DNA of 64,000 nucleotides from an uncultured Solirubrobacterales bacterium (GCA_963831725.1 CAWHRF010000003.1:179859-243858); one strand, 5' to 3'; numbered from the stretch's first letter, positions 17,316-27,779 are shown. Notes: generated by a model not told the origin, from the sequence alone. Translations and numbers: made by a program.

Positions 17316-17420
17316 GACCGCGGGTTCGGATCCGAGTAAAGTGAGAGGGCCGGCGGTGGACGGTCGTCCGCCCACCCCGGCCCGGTCTCCCACGGATCCA
17401 AGCCCGAGGAAGGCAAAGCC

Positions 17421-17798
17421 ATGACCGACAAGCCAATCAAGCAACCCGGACCGGACCACCCGATCACGATCGAGCCGAACCCAGCGCGAATCGTCGTTTC
17501 GATCGCTGGGCAGGTCCTCGCCGACACGCACAACGCGCTCACGCTGCGTGAGGCCGACTATCCGGCGGTCCAGTACATCCCACTCGACGACGTCGACCGC
17601 TCGCTGATCGAAGAGACCGACCACGCGAGCTACTGCCCATTCAAGGGCGACGCCGGCTACTACAGCATTCCGGCCGGAGGCGAGCGCTCGGTCAACGCCA
17701 TCTGGACTTATCGCGACCCACACGCGGCGGTCGCGGAGATCAAGGACCACGTCGCCTTCTACCCCGACCGCGTCGACGCGATCGACGAACAACCGTAG
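17421..17798 (+). CDS. DUF427 family protein
   Basis: SYCPFKGDAGYY, AIWTY, IKDHVAFYPDRVD. Confidence 0.9.
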   Translation: MTDKPIKQPGPDHPITIEPNPARIVVSIAGQVLADTHNALTLREADYPAVQYIPLDDVDRSLIEETDHASYCPFKGDAGYYSIPAGGERSVNAIWTYRDPHAAVAEIKDHVAFYPDRVDAIDEQP

Positions 17799-17871
17799 AC
17801 TGACTCGGAGCGAGCGACGGCCGCTGGATGAAGCTGGGCCGGTCGTAACCTTCGGACTCCTCGGCTAGCCC

Positions 17872-20148
17872 TTGCCAAGCCCACCCCCCGACAGCGCGGG
17901 CGACCGCGACAGGCCGCATAGCAGTGCAAGCGATGGCCCGGAGGAGGACGGGGCGGGTGGGTCCGATTCAACGGTCACGGCAAACGCACAGCTGCCCGAG
18001 CTCGACCAACGGGCGCTTGCCGCGCTGAGTGAGGTGGGACGCGCCTGGGCGGGGTGCATGCCGCCCAGGCAGGTCTGGGAGCGTGCGTTGCCCGTCGATC
18101 GCCATCTCGATTTCGCCGATCCACAGCAGTCGCGCAGCGGACGTTTCGTGCACATCAGCAGTGCGCCACGCGAGGCGGACGAAGACGAGCTCGAAGCGAC
18201 TGCTGAGGCGGGAGAGACCGACTCGCGGTCGGGCCGTGCGGTCCACGCGCTGCGGCGAACCCTGATCGGCCCGGCGCTGCGCAGCACGGCAATTGCGGAG
18301 GAGCGCATGGGGCGCCTGCTCGCCCTCGCCGTGCTCTCTCCCGACGCGCTCTCCTCGGTGGCCTACGGGCCGGAAGCGATGATGGCGATCCTCGTGCTCG
18401 CCGGCTCGGCCGAGCTGAAGCTCTCGCTGCCGATCGGAGCCGCCCTCGCGGTACTGATGCTGTCAGTCGGGCTCGGCTACCGCCAGGTTATCCGTGCCTA
18501 CCCGCATGGCGGAGGCTCCTACATAGTCGCGAGCGACAGCCTCGGCCGCAAGTGGGGTCTGCTCGCGGGCGCCGGGCTGATCGTCGATTACATCCTCACG
18601 GTCGCCGTGTCGGTCGCCTCCGGAGTGGAAGCCGTCACCTCGGCGATACCCTCGCTCGACTCGGCGAGAGTCGCGATCGGTCTGGTGGTGATCGTGTTGC
18701 TGGTGGCCGGCAACCTGCGCGGCGTGCGCGACGCCGGCGCCGCCTTTGCCGCTCCCACCTACCTGTTTGTGGCGGCGATCGCACTGGTGGTCATCGCCGG
18801 TCTTCTCAAGGCGGGCTCCCACGGCTTTCACCCTGCCGCCGCCCCACCGCACCGGGCCACCGAGGCGCTCGGCGTGCTGCTTGTGCTGCGCGCGTTCGCC
18901 TCCGGGGCGACGGCGATGACGGGGATCGAGGTGATCTCAAACGCGGTCCCGGTCTTCCACTCTCCGCAAGCCAGGCACGCTCGCCAGACGCTCACGGTGA
19001 TGATGGGGCTTTTGATCTCGATGTTCATCGGCGTCGTGCTCGTCGCTCATTTCGACGGCGCCGCGCCGAGTGGGAGTCAGACGGTGCTCTCCCAGATCGC
19101 GCACGACAGCGTCGGCGGCGGCATTCCCTACGGCTTCGTGCAGATCGCAACGACGCTCGTGCTACTGGTCGCCGCCAACTCGGCCTTCAACGGCTTTCCG
19201 CGGCTCTTGTACTTCATGGCCCGCGACGGCTATGTCCCCCGACTGTTCCTGCGCATGGGCGATCGCCTCGCGTTCAGCAACGGCATTCTCGTGCTCGCCG
19301 TCCCTGCGGCCGTGATCTACGCGGCTTTCGGCGGTCGGACCGCCCCGCTGATCCCACTGTTCGCGATCGGTGTGTTCCTCGCTTTCACGCTCGCCCAGAG
19401 CGGGATGGTCGCGTACTGGTTGCGCCACCGCGAGCGAGGGTGGCGCTCGGCGCTGGCCACCAACCTGCTGGGCGCGGTTCTCTCCGCGCTGGTGGTGCTG
19501 ATCGCGATGGTCACCAAGCTCACCGAGGGCGCCTGGGTCGTGGTGGTCCTGGTTCCGTTGATCGTGTTGGCGTGCGGGCGCGTGCACGCGCACTACGTGA
19601 GCGCCCGCGAGGCGCTCACGCCGGGACCCGATGCGCCACGACCCGAGCTGGACGGGCACAGACGGACGACACGCGTGACACCGCCCCGGCTGCGCCCGGA
19701 GGTCTCCGAGCACCTGGCCGAGACGCAGGATGACCCATCCGAGGTGCACAGCTTTGCCGTCGTCCCCGTCGCGGTACTCGACCTCGCGGCGCTGCACGCG
19801 CTCGCCTACGCCGTCTCGCTCGCCCAGCCGGTGCTCGCGCTGCACATCAGCCCCACCGAGGAGGAGGCCGAGCGCTTCCACCGCGAGTGGCGTGTGTGGG
19901 GCGACCATTTGCCGCTGGAGGTCGTCGTGTCCCCATACCGCTCCACCGTCGCGCCGCTGGCCAACTACATCGCTGCGCTGCATCGCCAACGCCCCGACGT
20001 GATCCTCACGCTCGTCGTGCCCGAGATCGTCGTTGCCAAGCGCTGGCAGCGGATCCTCCACAACCGCATCGCCACACGCCTGCGCGCCTCGCTCATCGCC
20101 TACGAGGGCATCGTCATCACCACGGTTCCATTCCACCTGCCCCGGTAA
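17872..20148 (+). CDS. APC family permease (YdaO/KimA-like)
   Basis: SPDALSSVAYGPE, AYPHGGGSY, AMTGIEVISNAV and C-terminal SPYR...LHN...VPFHL. Start uncertain. Confidence 0.9.
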   Translation: MPSPPPDSAGDRDRPHSSASDGPEEDGAGGSDSTVTANAQLPELDQRALAALSEVGRAWAGCMPPRQVWERALPVDRHLDFADPQQSRSGRFVHISSAPREADEDELEATAEAGETDSRSGRAVHALRRTLIGPALRSTAIAEERMGRLLALAVLSPDALSSVAYGPEAMMAILVLAGSAELKLSLPIGAALAVLMLSVGLGYRQVIRAYPHGGGSYIVASDSLGRKWGLLAGAGLIVDYILTVAVSVASGVEAVTSAIPSLDSARVAIGLVVIVLLVAGNLRGVRDAGAAFAAPTYLFVAAIALVVIAGLLKAGSHGFHPAAAPPHRATEALGVLLVLRAFASGATAMTGIEVISNAVPVFHSPQARHARQTLTVMMGLLISMFIGVVLVAHFDGAAPSGSQTVLSQIAHDSVGGGIPYGFVQIATTLVLLVAANSAFNGFPRLLYFMARDGYVPRLFLRMGDRLAFSNGILVLAVPAAVIYAAFGGRTAPLIPLFAIGVFLAFTLAQSGMVAYWLRHRERGWRSALATNLLGAVLSALVVLIAMVTKLTEGAWVVVVLVPLIVLACGRVHAHYVSAREALTPGPDAPRPELDGHRRTTRVTPPRLRPEVSEHLAETQDDPSEVHSFAVVPVAVLDLAALHALAYAVSLAQPVLALHISPTEEEAERFHREWRVWGDHLPLEVVVSPYRSTVAPLANYIAALHRQRPDVILTLVVPEIVVAKRWQRILHNRIATRLRASLIAYEGIVITTVPFHLPR

Positions 20149-20184
20149 GCCGGACACGCTACGCATATGTCCGATGCGACCGCT

Positions 20185-20850
20185 TCATGCACCTGCTGTC
20201 GCAGCGCTCCGGCCTCTGAGATTCACCTGCCAGTTGGCCAGTGGTAGCAGGAACAGGATTGCTCCCAGCGCTATGAGTATCCATCCGGCGAGGGTCGCGA
20301 TGGTGCCGATGAGCGACCATCCCCAGGCGTTCAGGAGCAAGCCGCGCAGGGTCTCGCCTTGGAAGAGGGTTGCCTTCTCTTCGGCCAGCTTTGCGTTGGT
20401 CGGCGCGGCTAGGGCTGCTGTACTGACCTGTGCGTAGGTCTGTCCGCCGGCGATCTTGGAGAGGTGCACGTTGATGAAGTTGTTGGCGTACGCCTTGGCC
20501 TGGCTACCTGTGGTTAGTTGCTGGCCTGCGTACTGCTTCACACCGGGTAGCAGCTCGGGGCTGCCGGCGGCAGGGAAGAAGATCTTTTGTGGGACGAGTT
20601 GGTCGTGGACGACCTTCTTGTCATAGCTGCCTCCCACGACGGCGAGGATTCCGACGATCACGATGCCCAACGCGGCGACCATGGCTATCGAGGTCAGGCC
20701 GGTGAGTTTCGCCAGTAGTGGGTTTCGCGATGACTGAGAGCGCGGCGAGGGCTGGAGTTGTCCGTTGGCAACAGGATCGGCAGTTTCGAGGGGCGCGACG
20801 CCGTTGCCGGCGGTCGTGGTGAGTGGAGTGGGCATTACTGAGCTGGGCAC
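20185..20850 (-). CDS. Conserved actinobacterial two-TM membrane protein
   Basis: QLVPQKIFFP, QAKAYANNFINVHL, GQTYAQ, TLFQGETLRGLLLNAWGW; AGGA then GTG 20850. Confidence 0.7.
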   Translation of the reverse strand: MPSSVMPTPLTTTAGNGVAPLETADPVANGQLQPSPRSQSSRNPLLAKLTGLTSIAMVAALGIVIVGILAVVGGSYDKKVVHDQLVPQKIFFPAAGSPELLPGVKQYAGQQLTTGSQAKAYANNFINVHLSKIAGGQTYAQVSTAALAAPTNAKLAEEKATLFQGETLRGLLLNAWGWSLIGTIATLAGWILIALGAILFLLPLANWQVNLRGRSAATAGA

Positions 20851-20930
20851 GGTATTCCTCATTTCGGTAGGTGTGCGCATGAGCGCCAGCGACCGATCAA
20901 GCACCGCGGACCTGAACAACATAGCATGAA

Positions 20931-20974
20931 ATCTAAATCTAGGAAATATATTTCTAGGAAATTGGAATCTAGAT
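20931..20974. promoter_or_regulatory. AT-rich operator array between divergent genes
   Basis: TCTAG at 20938, 20953 and 20968 (15-bp period); perfect palindrome GAAATATATTTC at 20943-20954. Confidence 0.6.
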
Positions 20975-20990
20975 ACGCTAGTCTCTGTCT

Positions 20991-21317
20991 ATGACCGAGG
21001 CCACCACTCACCGTTGGAAGTTCCTGACGAACCACGCCCAGGTTCTCGCATGCATCGCCCACGATCCAGGTGTGCTTCTACGAGAGATCAGCGAGCGAGT
21101 CGGAATCACCGAACGGGCCGCCCACCGGATCGTCACGGAGCTCACCGACGGCGGCTACATCACGCGAGAACGCAACGGACGTCGCAACCACTACACGATC
21201 CAATCGGGCCTCCCGCTTCCCGACCGCCTTGGCCGCGTGCAGCGAATCAGCGACCTGCTCACGATCCTCATCGGCACGAGCAAAGAGATGCCTGATGCGC
21301 CTGTGCGTGCTCCATAG
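20991..21317 (+). CDS. Winged-helix (AsnC/MarR-like) transcriptional regulator
   Basis: WKFLTNHAQVL...LREISERVGITERAAHRIVTEL...GRRNHY. Confidence 0.88.
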   Translation: MTEATTHRWKFLTNHAQVLACIAHDPGVLLREISERVGITERAAHRIVTELTDGGYITRERNGRRNHYTIQSGLPLPDRLGRVQRISDLLTILIGTSKEMPDAPVRAP

Positions 21318-21452
21318 GGGCGCGCTGCCCGCCACTGGTACGGTGGAGATGTCCATCGCGCCCTGAACAGGCTGCGATTGTGCGCTCGCCGGGTCCTTCC
21401 TGACCTCTCTGCCTCGCGATCGCGGCCCTTGAGAGGCTCGTGAGGAGCGTCT

Positions 21453-22616
21453 GTGAATGCCGTGGCTGCTGGGTCTGACCGTGCGTCCCCTCGTTGGTCT
21501 TCGGGGAGTCCGCCGAAATATTCTGAGGCCGCGACGTTGTCCCGAGGGGCGCCACTGCACATCGCGATGCTTGCTCCACCTTGGATCTCAGTTCCTCCAC
21601 CGGGATACGGGGGTGTGGAGTCGGTAGTCGACGCACTTACCGAGGCGCTTGTGCGGCGAGGGAACTCGGTCACGCTGTTCTGCGCCCCGGGCTCTGTGTC
21701 GAGCGCGCGTGTTGTGACTCTGCTCGGGGAGGCCCACCCCGATGAGATCGAGCGCTCGCTCTATGAGGTCGATCACGTCGCGCGGGCATTCGAGGAGATC
21801 GACCTCGCCTCCTACGATCGTCGCTTTGACGTGATTCACGATCACTGCGGCTTCACGGCCCTGGCAATGGCCGATCGCATCGACACGCCGATCGTGCATA
21901 CCCTTCACGGGCAGTTCACCGCCAGCACCGCGGCCTTCTATGCTCGCCACGGCCACAAGGCGGCGCTCGTGGGCATCAGCCGCGCGCAACTCGACTCGAC
22001 GCCGACGGGGCTTCACTCAATCGGCGCGATTCCGAACCCCATCGACGTGCGGGCGTGGCCGTTGCGCGAGCACAAGGACGACTACCTGCTGTGGATCGGG
22101 CGCATGACTGTCGAGAAGGGCCCCCATCGTGCGATCGCCGCCGCGCGCATCGCCGGCGTGCCGCTTGTCTTGGCGGGGGTCATCCAGCCCGGCCAGCAGG
22201 CGTTCTTCGACCGCGAGATAGCGCCACACGTCGATGGCGAGCGCGTTCGCTTCGTGGGCGAGGTCGGTGGCTCGGTCAAGCGCTCGCTCTTCGCCGGTGC
22301 CCGCGCGCTGCTCATGCCGATCCGCTGGGAGGAGCCCTTCGGGATGGTGATGGTGGAGGCGCTGGCCTGTGGCACCCCGGTGATTGCCTTCCCCGAGGGC
22401 GCCGCCCGCGAGCTCGTCCTCGACGGGCAGACTGGATTTCTCGTGGAGGATGAGCAGGCGATGGGCGCGGCTGTCATCCAGCTTCCCCGTATCGCCGCGC
22501 GGGACTGTCGCGCCTGGGTCGCCACACATTGTGATGTCGATGTCGTCGCCGCTGCCTATGAGTCTGTCTACCGATCGGCGATGCGCCAGCCGTCAGAGAC
22601 CCTCGAGCTTGTCTGA
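21453..22616 (+). CDS. Glycosyltransferase family 4
   Basis: VPPPGYGGVE, GRMTVEKG, EEPFGMVMVEALACGTPV. Confidence 0.93.
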   Translation: MNAVAAGSDRASPRWSSGSPPKYSEAATLSRGAPLHIAMLAPPWISVPPPGYGGVESVVDALTEALVRRGNSVTLFCAPGSVSSARVVTLLGEAHPDEIERSLYEVDHVARAFEEIDLASYDRRFDVIHDHCGFTALAMADRIDTPIVHTLHGQFTASTAAFYARHGHKAALVGISRAQLDSTPTGLHSIGAIPNPIDVRAWPLREHKDDYLLWIGRMTVEKGPHRAIAAARIAGVPLVLAGVIQPGQQAFFDREIAPHVDGERVRFVGEVGGSVKRSLFAGARALLMPIRWEEPFGMVMVEALACGTPVIAFPEGAARELVLDGQTGFLVEDEQAMGAAVIQLPRIAARDCRAWVATHCDVDVVAAAYESVYRSAMRQPSETLELV

Positions 22617-24597
22617 GCGCACTCTGAGCGTGCTGGACGGCAGCACTTTCGTCGTCGCTGACCGTCTTGGCGACGTGCGTGAGGAGGCCGGTCGCGAGCA
22701 CGGCTTCTACTGCGAGGACACCCGCTTCCTCTCGCGCTGGGTCTTGCGCACGGGTGAGGTACCGCTAGAGCTTCTAGGCCTGGACCAGAGTGCGCACTTC
22801 TCTGCTCAGTTCTTCCTGACTCCGCGTGTGGAGCCGGATGAGGAGGCACCGTGCTCGATCATGCGCCGGCGACTCATCGACCACGTGTGGATGGAGGAGA
22901 TCTCGGTGACCAACCACCGTCATGAGAGCAGCGAGATGCGGGTGGTGTTGGAGGTTGCTACCGATTTCGCCGATCTGTTCGAGGTCAAGGATGGCACGCT
23001 CACCGAGCGAGAGGTGAGCTGCCGCCACGATGATCAAGCCCTCACGCTCGCCTACGAGCGTGAGGGCTTCCGACGGTCGATCTCGATTTCCTCTAGTCGC
23101 CCGGCGGCAGTGACCCGAGAGGGTTTCTCCTATTCGTTGCGGCTTGCGCCCGGCGAGCGGTGGTCGACCACCTTCACCATCACGCCTTACGCCGCACAGC
23201 CGGGGATCGCATTCGCAAAGCGCGAGTCGCGGGGCGGCCTAGAGGAGTTGAGTGCCTCCAAGTCGGCAGAGCTCGAGGAGTGGCTGGCACGGGCACCTGT
23301 ATTGCAAACACAGGACACATCGTTGGCGCATACGTATCGCGCCAGTCTCAGCGATCTGGGCGCGCTGCGCTTGCATCCCGATCTCTTGCAGGGCGCCACC
23401 CTCCCGGCGGCTGGGCTGCCGTGGTTCATGGCGCTCTTCGGCCGCGACAGCCTGATCACGAGCTTCCAGGCGCTGCCTTACCTGCCCGAGCTGGCCGCCA
23501 CCACCCTGCACGTGCTCGCGGCTCGCCAGGCGCAGGTGCGCGACGACTTCCACGAACAGGAGCCCGGCAAGATCCTGCACGAGCTGCGCTTTGGCGAGCT
23601 CACCGCGCGCGGGGAGCGCCCGCACTCCCCGTACTACGGGAGTGCCGACGCAACGCCGCTGTTCCTGATTCTCCTTGACGAGTACCACCGTTGGTCGGGC
23701 GACGATGAGCTCGTCCGCACGCTCGAGCCCCATGCTCGTGCGGCGCTTGACTGGATCGAGGACAGCGGGGACGCCGACGGCGATGGATACGTCGAGTACG
23801 CGCGCCGCAACCCGGCCACCGGACTGGCCAACCAGTGCTGGAAGGACAGTTGGGACGCGATCCAGTTCGCCGACGGCACGCTGGCTCAGGGGCCGATCGC
23901 GACCTGCGAGATCCAGGGCTATGTATACGACGCACGCCGGCGCTCAGCGCGCCTGGCCCGTGAGGTGTGGGGCGACGAGGCACTCGCCGGGCACCTGGAG
24001 CGTCAAGCCGCCGACCTACGCGAGTGCTTCCGCCGCGACTTCTGGATGCCGGAACGTGGCTGCCATGCCCTGGCGCTGGACGGCGAGAAGCGCCAGGTGG
24101 ACAGCCTGACCTCCAACATCGGCCATCTGCTGTGGTCGGGAATACTGGACGACAGCGAGGCAGCCACGACCGCCGAGCGGCTGCTCGACGAGCAGCTCTA
24201 CTCCGGCTGGGGAGTGCGAACTCTCGGCACCCGCGAGGCGGGCTACAACCCGCTCGGCTACCACACAGGCACAGTCTGGCCCCACGAGAACTCGCTGATC
24301 GCCGCCGGCCTGGCGCGCTATGGCCACAACGAGGCGGCAAGCACCATCGCCGTCGCGATGCTGCGCGCGGCGCCGTACTTCGAGCATCGTCTGCCCGAGG
24401 TCTTTGCCGGCTACCCCGCCTCGGTGACGTCAGTCCCCGTTGCGTTCCCGACGGCCTCGCGTCCCCAGGCATGGGCGGCAGGAACCCCATTGCTGTTGCT
24501 GAGCACGCTGCTTGACCTTCATCCCGGGCGCACCGATACAGAGGTCGAGGTATCGGGCGGTGTCGGGCATGTCGCGCTGCACTCGCAGAAAGACTAG
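22609..24597 (+). CDS. Glycogen-debranching N-terminal domain plus amylo-alpha-1,6-glucosidase
   Basis: AAGLPWFMALFGRDS, EPGKILHELR, YYGSADATP, NQCWKDS, YHTGTVWPHEN, RLPEVFAG. TTG start overlaps the GT4 stop. Confidence 0.92.
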   Translation: MSERTLSVLDGSTFVVADRLGDVREEAGREHGFYCEDTRFLSRWVLRTGEVPLELLGLDQSAHFSAQFFLTPRVEPDEEAPCSIMRRRLIDHVWMEEISVTNHRHESSEMRVVLEVATDFADLFEVKDGTLTEREVSCRHDDQALTLAYEREGFRRSISISSSRPAAVTREGFSYSLRLAPGERWSTTFTITPYAAQPGIAFAKRESRGGLEELSASKSAELEEWLARAPVLQTQDTSLAHTYRASLSDLGALRLHPDLLQGATLPAAGLPWFMALFGRDSLITSFQALPYLPELAATTLHVLAARQAQVRDDFHEQEPGKILHELRFGELTARGERPHSPYYGSADATPLFLILLDEYHRWSGDDELVRTLEPHARAALDWIEDSGDADGDGYVEYARRNPATGLANQCWKDSWDAIQFADGTLAQGPIATCEIQGYVYDARRRSARLAREVWGDEALAGHLERQAADLRECFRRDFWMPERGCHALALDGEKRQVDSLTSNIGHLLWSGILDDSEAATTAERLLDEQLYSGWGVRTLGTREAGYNPLGYHTGTVWPHENSLIAAGLARYGHNEAASTIAVAMLRAAPYFEHRLPEVFAGYPASVTSVPVAFPTASRPQAWAAGTPLLLLSTLLDLHPGRTDTEVEVSGGVGHVALHSQKD

Positions 24598-24598
24598 T

Positions 24599-24877
24599 GT
24601 GGGTGAGGTGGACGACGACGACATACGTGCTCTGGTGACGCGTTTGGCGCGTCCACACCTCTCCGGTGGAGAGGTGATCGAGCGTGCGGCGATCCTCGCC
24701 GAGGGCGCCGACTCAGCGGCAGTGATTGAGTGGATCACCGCCCACGCCGGGATACCCGAGGGGGCGGTCGCAACATCTCCCAGACACGGCCTGCACGGTT
24801 CGCGGATGGGTGACAGCGGCGGAGCAAATCCCTCGACACCGCTCCGCTTCGTGCTGCCGGCCGGCGCGCTGACCTGA
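24599..24877 (+). CDS. Small hypothetical protein
   Basis: Follows the stop of the preceding gene; DDDDIRALVTRLARPH...IERAAILAEG. Confidence 0.55.
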   Translation: MGEVDDDDIRALVTRLARPHLSGGEVIERAAILAEGADSAAVIEWITAHAGIPEGAVATSPRHGLHGSRMGDSGGANPSTPLRFVLPAGALT

Positions 24878-24878
24878 G

Positions 24879-25304
24879 CTAGTTCGGGGTGCGCTCGTAC
24901 CGCGTGACGCCCTCGAAGTGCGGCGCCCACGGTTGTGCCGAGCGCGTCCAGATCTCAGCAGTCGGTTCGAACCAAGACGTATCGTCGATCGTCCCCGCCT
25001 TCAGGAAGGCAACTTCCGGCATCGACTCGATCGTGCTAAATATCGGCGACCCGCAGGTCGAGCAGAACCGACGCTCCGTTGTGCTCTGGTAGTCCTCGCT
25101 GACGGTCTTGAACGAAGCGAGCGTGTTGCCCTCAACAGTGAGTGCCTTGCTCGGTACGCCCACGATGATCGAGAACGCCGCAGCGGTCTGGCGCTGACAG
25201 TTCGAGCAGTAGCAAACCCCTTGCCAGACTGGCTCGGCGTCGACGCTATAGCTCACGCCACCGCACAGACAGCGACCTGTGATGGGTATGGGTATGTCGG
25301 CCAC
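24879..25304 (-). CDS. GFA (CENP-V) family Zn-binding protein
   Basis: GRCLCGGV, CYCSNCQR, RRFCSTCGS. Confidence 0.93.
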   Translation of the reverse strand: MADIPIPITGRCLCGGVSYSVDAEPVWQGVCYCSNCQRQTAAAFSIIVGVPSKALTVEGNTLASFKTVSEDYQSTTERRFCSTCGSPIFSTIESMPEVAFLKAGTIDDTSWFEPTAEIWTRSAQPWAPHFEGVTRYERTPN

Positions 25305-25326
25305 GCACCCAAGACCCTACTAACCC

Positions 25327-25671
25327 TCAGCTGTCGAGCACCGGGCCACCGAACCCCAGCTCGTTGCTGTCGGGGTCGCGGTAGATCGCCTTGCGCACGC
25401 CGCCCGGGTACGTCTCGAGCTCGTCGGGCTCCAGTCCGCGGGCAGCGATCTCGGCTATGCGGGTATCGAGATCGTCAAGGAAGATCGTCACCACCGAGTT
25501 GCCCGCGCCATCGGCGTGCTCAACTACGTAGACCGAGCGGTCCTCGGCAAGCGTCCACACAGCCTCGGTCGCATGGGGGAAGAACGTCGGCTCGCCCAGC
25601 AACTGTTCATACCACGGTAGGGCCGCCCGGAAGTCCCGTACGCGCAGACCCGCGAAGAGGTGCAACGACAT
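25327..25671 (-). CDS. VOC/glyoxalase family protein
   Basis: VRDFRAALPWYEQLLG...YRDPDSNELGF. Confidence 0.85.
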   Translation of the reverse strand: MSLHLFAGLRVRDFRAALPWYEQLLGEPTFFPHATEAVWTLAEDRSVYVVEHADGAGNSVVTIFLDDLDTRIAEIAARGLEPDELETYPGGVRKAIYRDPDSNELGFGGPVLDS

Positions 25672-25771
25672 CACTGCGAGTCTAGGACACCATCTTCCGC
25701 GAATGGGCACAATGAACTGCTCGCCATGCCTCTGACCACGACGAATAGCCCCCAGAATCTCATCGCCGAGA

Positions 25772-26603
25772 TCACGTCGGCCGTGTGATGTTGGGGATGC
25801 AGCACAACTGCGCGGAGCCGCTCGCCATCAACCTGCCGTCCACGTCCCAAACTCTGCCGCCAACCCCCATGAGACCACCGTCGGCGACCGCGCATTCGCT
25901 GTCGATCAACAGCCTCGCAGCGAGGGCTGAAATGGTGAAACCACACGCCGGTGTCGAGATTCGGCGCCAGATACTCCCAGCTTCGATGGTGGCGATGTGC
26001 GGCTGGGAAGCCATAGGTGTCCAGCAATATCAAGGCGCGTGCAGCATCTAGGAAGGGGTCCTCGAAGCATGCTGTCGGTCGAAAGCGCGCCCACTCGCGG
26101 ATTACCGGCGTTTGTGGCTCGTCTGTGACGCTCTGGTCGACGGGTCGCCGTTCGACGTTCTCCCAGAAGCTGAAGGGCGGCCGCCGCCTGTCGGGGTACA
26201 GCTCCTCGTGGGTCTTAAGCGTCTCCGGTGGCGGGACTTCAGGAGCGCTTGGATGCTGGTGGCTGTACCCGGGCGCCTCGGCGGCGGTCTTGATCAGTGC
26301 GTGCAGGACGGACTTGCCTTGCTGTGTCACCTCCACGGCAAGCGACTCGGCGCGGCGTCCCTGCCGGAGGACATTCACTTTGAGCTCGACGGCATCGAAA
26401 GCGGGGGAGCTGAGGAAGTGGCAATAGAAGCTGGCCGGTCTCTTGATCTGCGCCACCATGCCCGCGGCCCGTAGAGCGATTGTCGCGAGATAGCCACCAT
26501 TGGGACCCCAAATCTCCCAGTCCTCCGACAGACGCGCCGTATAGCCATCGTTGCCGGGTGCGACGCGCGTCGCATGATCGAGGTCAAAGGTGCTCGGCGT
26601 CAT
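25772..26603 (-). pseudogene. Acyl-CoA thioesterase (TesB-like double hotdog), frameshifted near 25913
   Basis: N-part WEIWGPNGGY...VLRQGR...PNLDTGVWFH...SPRCE. The expected C-part LLIDSECAVADGGLMGVGGRVWDVDGRLMASGSAQL is in another frame. Confidence 0.8.
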
Positions 26604-26676
26604 CGTGCGCGGCCGATGGTACGCCTGTTGGGCTACGCCGGCCCTTGACGCCGCGCGGACGCGCTACCGTAAAGAG

Positions 26677-26841
26677 ATGCTCACGCAGGCAGATCGCGCG
26701 GCCGAGCGTCGCCGCGAGAAGCTGGAGGAGATCCGCTCGCAGGTGAAAGACGGTTCGCTTACGATCCGCAAGATGACGCCGGCCGAGCGCGAACGCTATC
26801 CGCCACGGCCTTCGCGAGCACCTCGAGGGCGCGGCAAGTGA
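26677..26841 (+). CDS. Small basic hypothetical protein (54 aa)
   Basis: Leaderless TACCGT-N6-ATG; MLTQADRAAERRREKLEEIRSQVKDGSLTIRKMTPAERERYPP; GTGA overlap with the next gene. Confidence 0.6.
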   Translation: MLTQADRAAERRREKLEEIRSQVKDGSLTIRKMTPAERERYPPRPSRAPRGRGK

Positions 26842-27284
26842 ACGCGGTGCCGGCCCGGATCGGAGGACAGTTGTCGGTTCGCGTGGCCGTGTGTCTGACG
26901 GCAGCCTTCCTGCTCGCGGTGGGATGGTTTGCCACCGCGCAAGGAGCCGCGGCGTCGAGCACACACCTGTCGAGCCGCTGTGCGACGTTCCGTGTCAAAG
27001 GCGACGAGTACGGCGTCTACGTGGGCACGGGGCATGTGAAGTGCGGTGTCGCGCAGCGGGTTCTGGAGGCGATTGCCGACGGCAAGGGCAAGTATGTGAA
27101 CAACGGCTATTCAGCCAATTCCTACACGCTGTATGGCGGCTGGCTGTGCCCGTCAGGGAACATGGGCGAGCAGACCTGTGAGCACTCCAAGCGTCCGGTG
27201 GACAATCCCAGCCAGGACATCGTGAGCCTTTCGTGCTCCTTTGGCACGGGCTGTCCGAAGCAGACAGCCGCTGCCGACCAGTAA
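26838..27284 (+). CDS. Secreted Cys-rich hypothetical protein
   Basis: Signal peptide and six Cys in the mature region. Confidence 0.65.
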   Translation: MNAVPARIGGQLSVRVAVCLTAAFLLAVGWFATAQGAAASSTHLSSRCATFRVKGDEYGVYVGTGHVKCGVAQRVLEAIADGKGKYVNNGYSANSYTLYGGWLCPSGNMGEQTCEHSKRPVDNPSQDIVSLSCSFGTGCPKQTAAADQ

Positions 27285-27386
27285 TCGCGCCGCGCCGCGG
27301 AAGAGTTGGATGAGCCATCGTGCGTCCCCGCGCGCGATAGCTATGGTGAAGCTGAAGTCCGTCATCCATCCGACCGAGGAGAACAA

Positions 27387-27779
27387 ATGTCCCGTTACGC
27401 CACCGTGAACCTGTTGGAGATCGAGGACTCTGTCGGCGAGCGGGCTCCAGGAATCGAAGGCCGCTTCGGACGCAAACACCTCGACTCGCGCGACCTCGGC
27501 GTGAGTCTGTTTCGCTACGCGGCGAACCTGCGCAGCCCGATGGCGCACAGTCACCGCGAGCAGGAGGAGGCCTACGTGGTCGTGGCAGGTTCTGGGCGAG
27601 TGCTGCTGGACGATGAGGTTCTAGAGCTGGGCAAGTGGGACGTGGTGCGTGTGGCCCCCGAGGTTGTGCGCGCGTTCGAGGCCGGTCCGGATGGGCTTGA
27701 CATCGTGGCTGTTGGCGGCCCCAAGCCCGAGGACGGCGACGGCGTGATGGGCAGCGCGAACTGGCCTGACGCGGAGTAG
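27387..27779 (+). CDS. Cupin domain protein
   Basis: RBS GAGGAG; AHSHREQEEAYVVVAGSG...VVRVAPEVVR. Confidence 0.85.
   Translation: MSRYATVNLLEIEDSVGERAPGIEGRFGRKHLDSRDLGVSLFRYAANLRSPMAHSHREQEEAYVVVAGSGRVLLDDEVLELGKWDVVRVAPEVVRAFEAGPDGLDIVAVGGPKPEDGDGVMGSANWPDAE

Noticed and set aside
17319-17335. CGCGGGTTCG shared with the tRNA-Asp T-arm, as a possible attR
   Set aside because: Only 10 bp match, the acceptor-stem half is missing, and such a match is expected by chance at this GC content.
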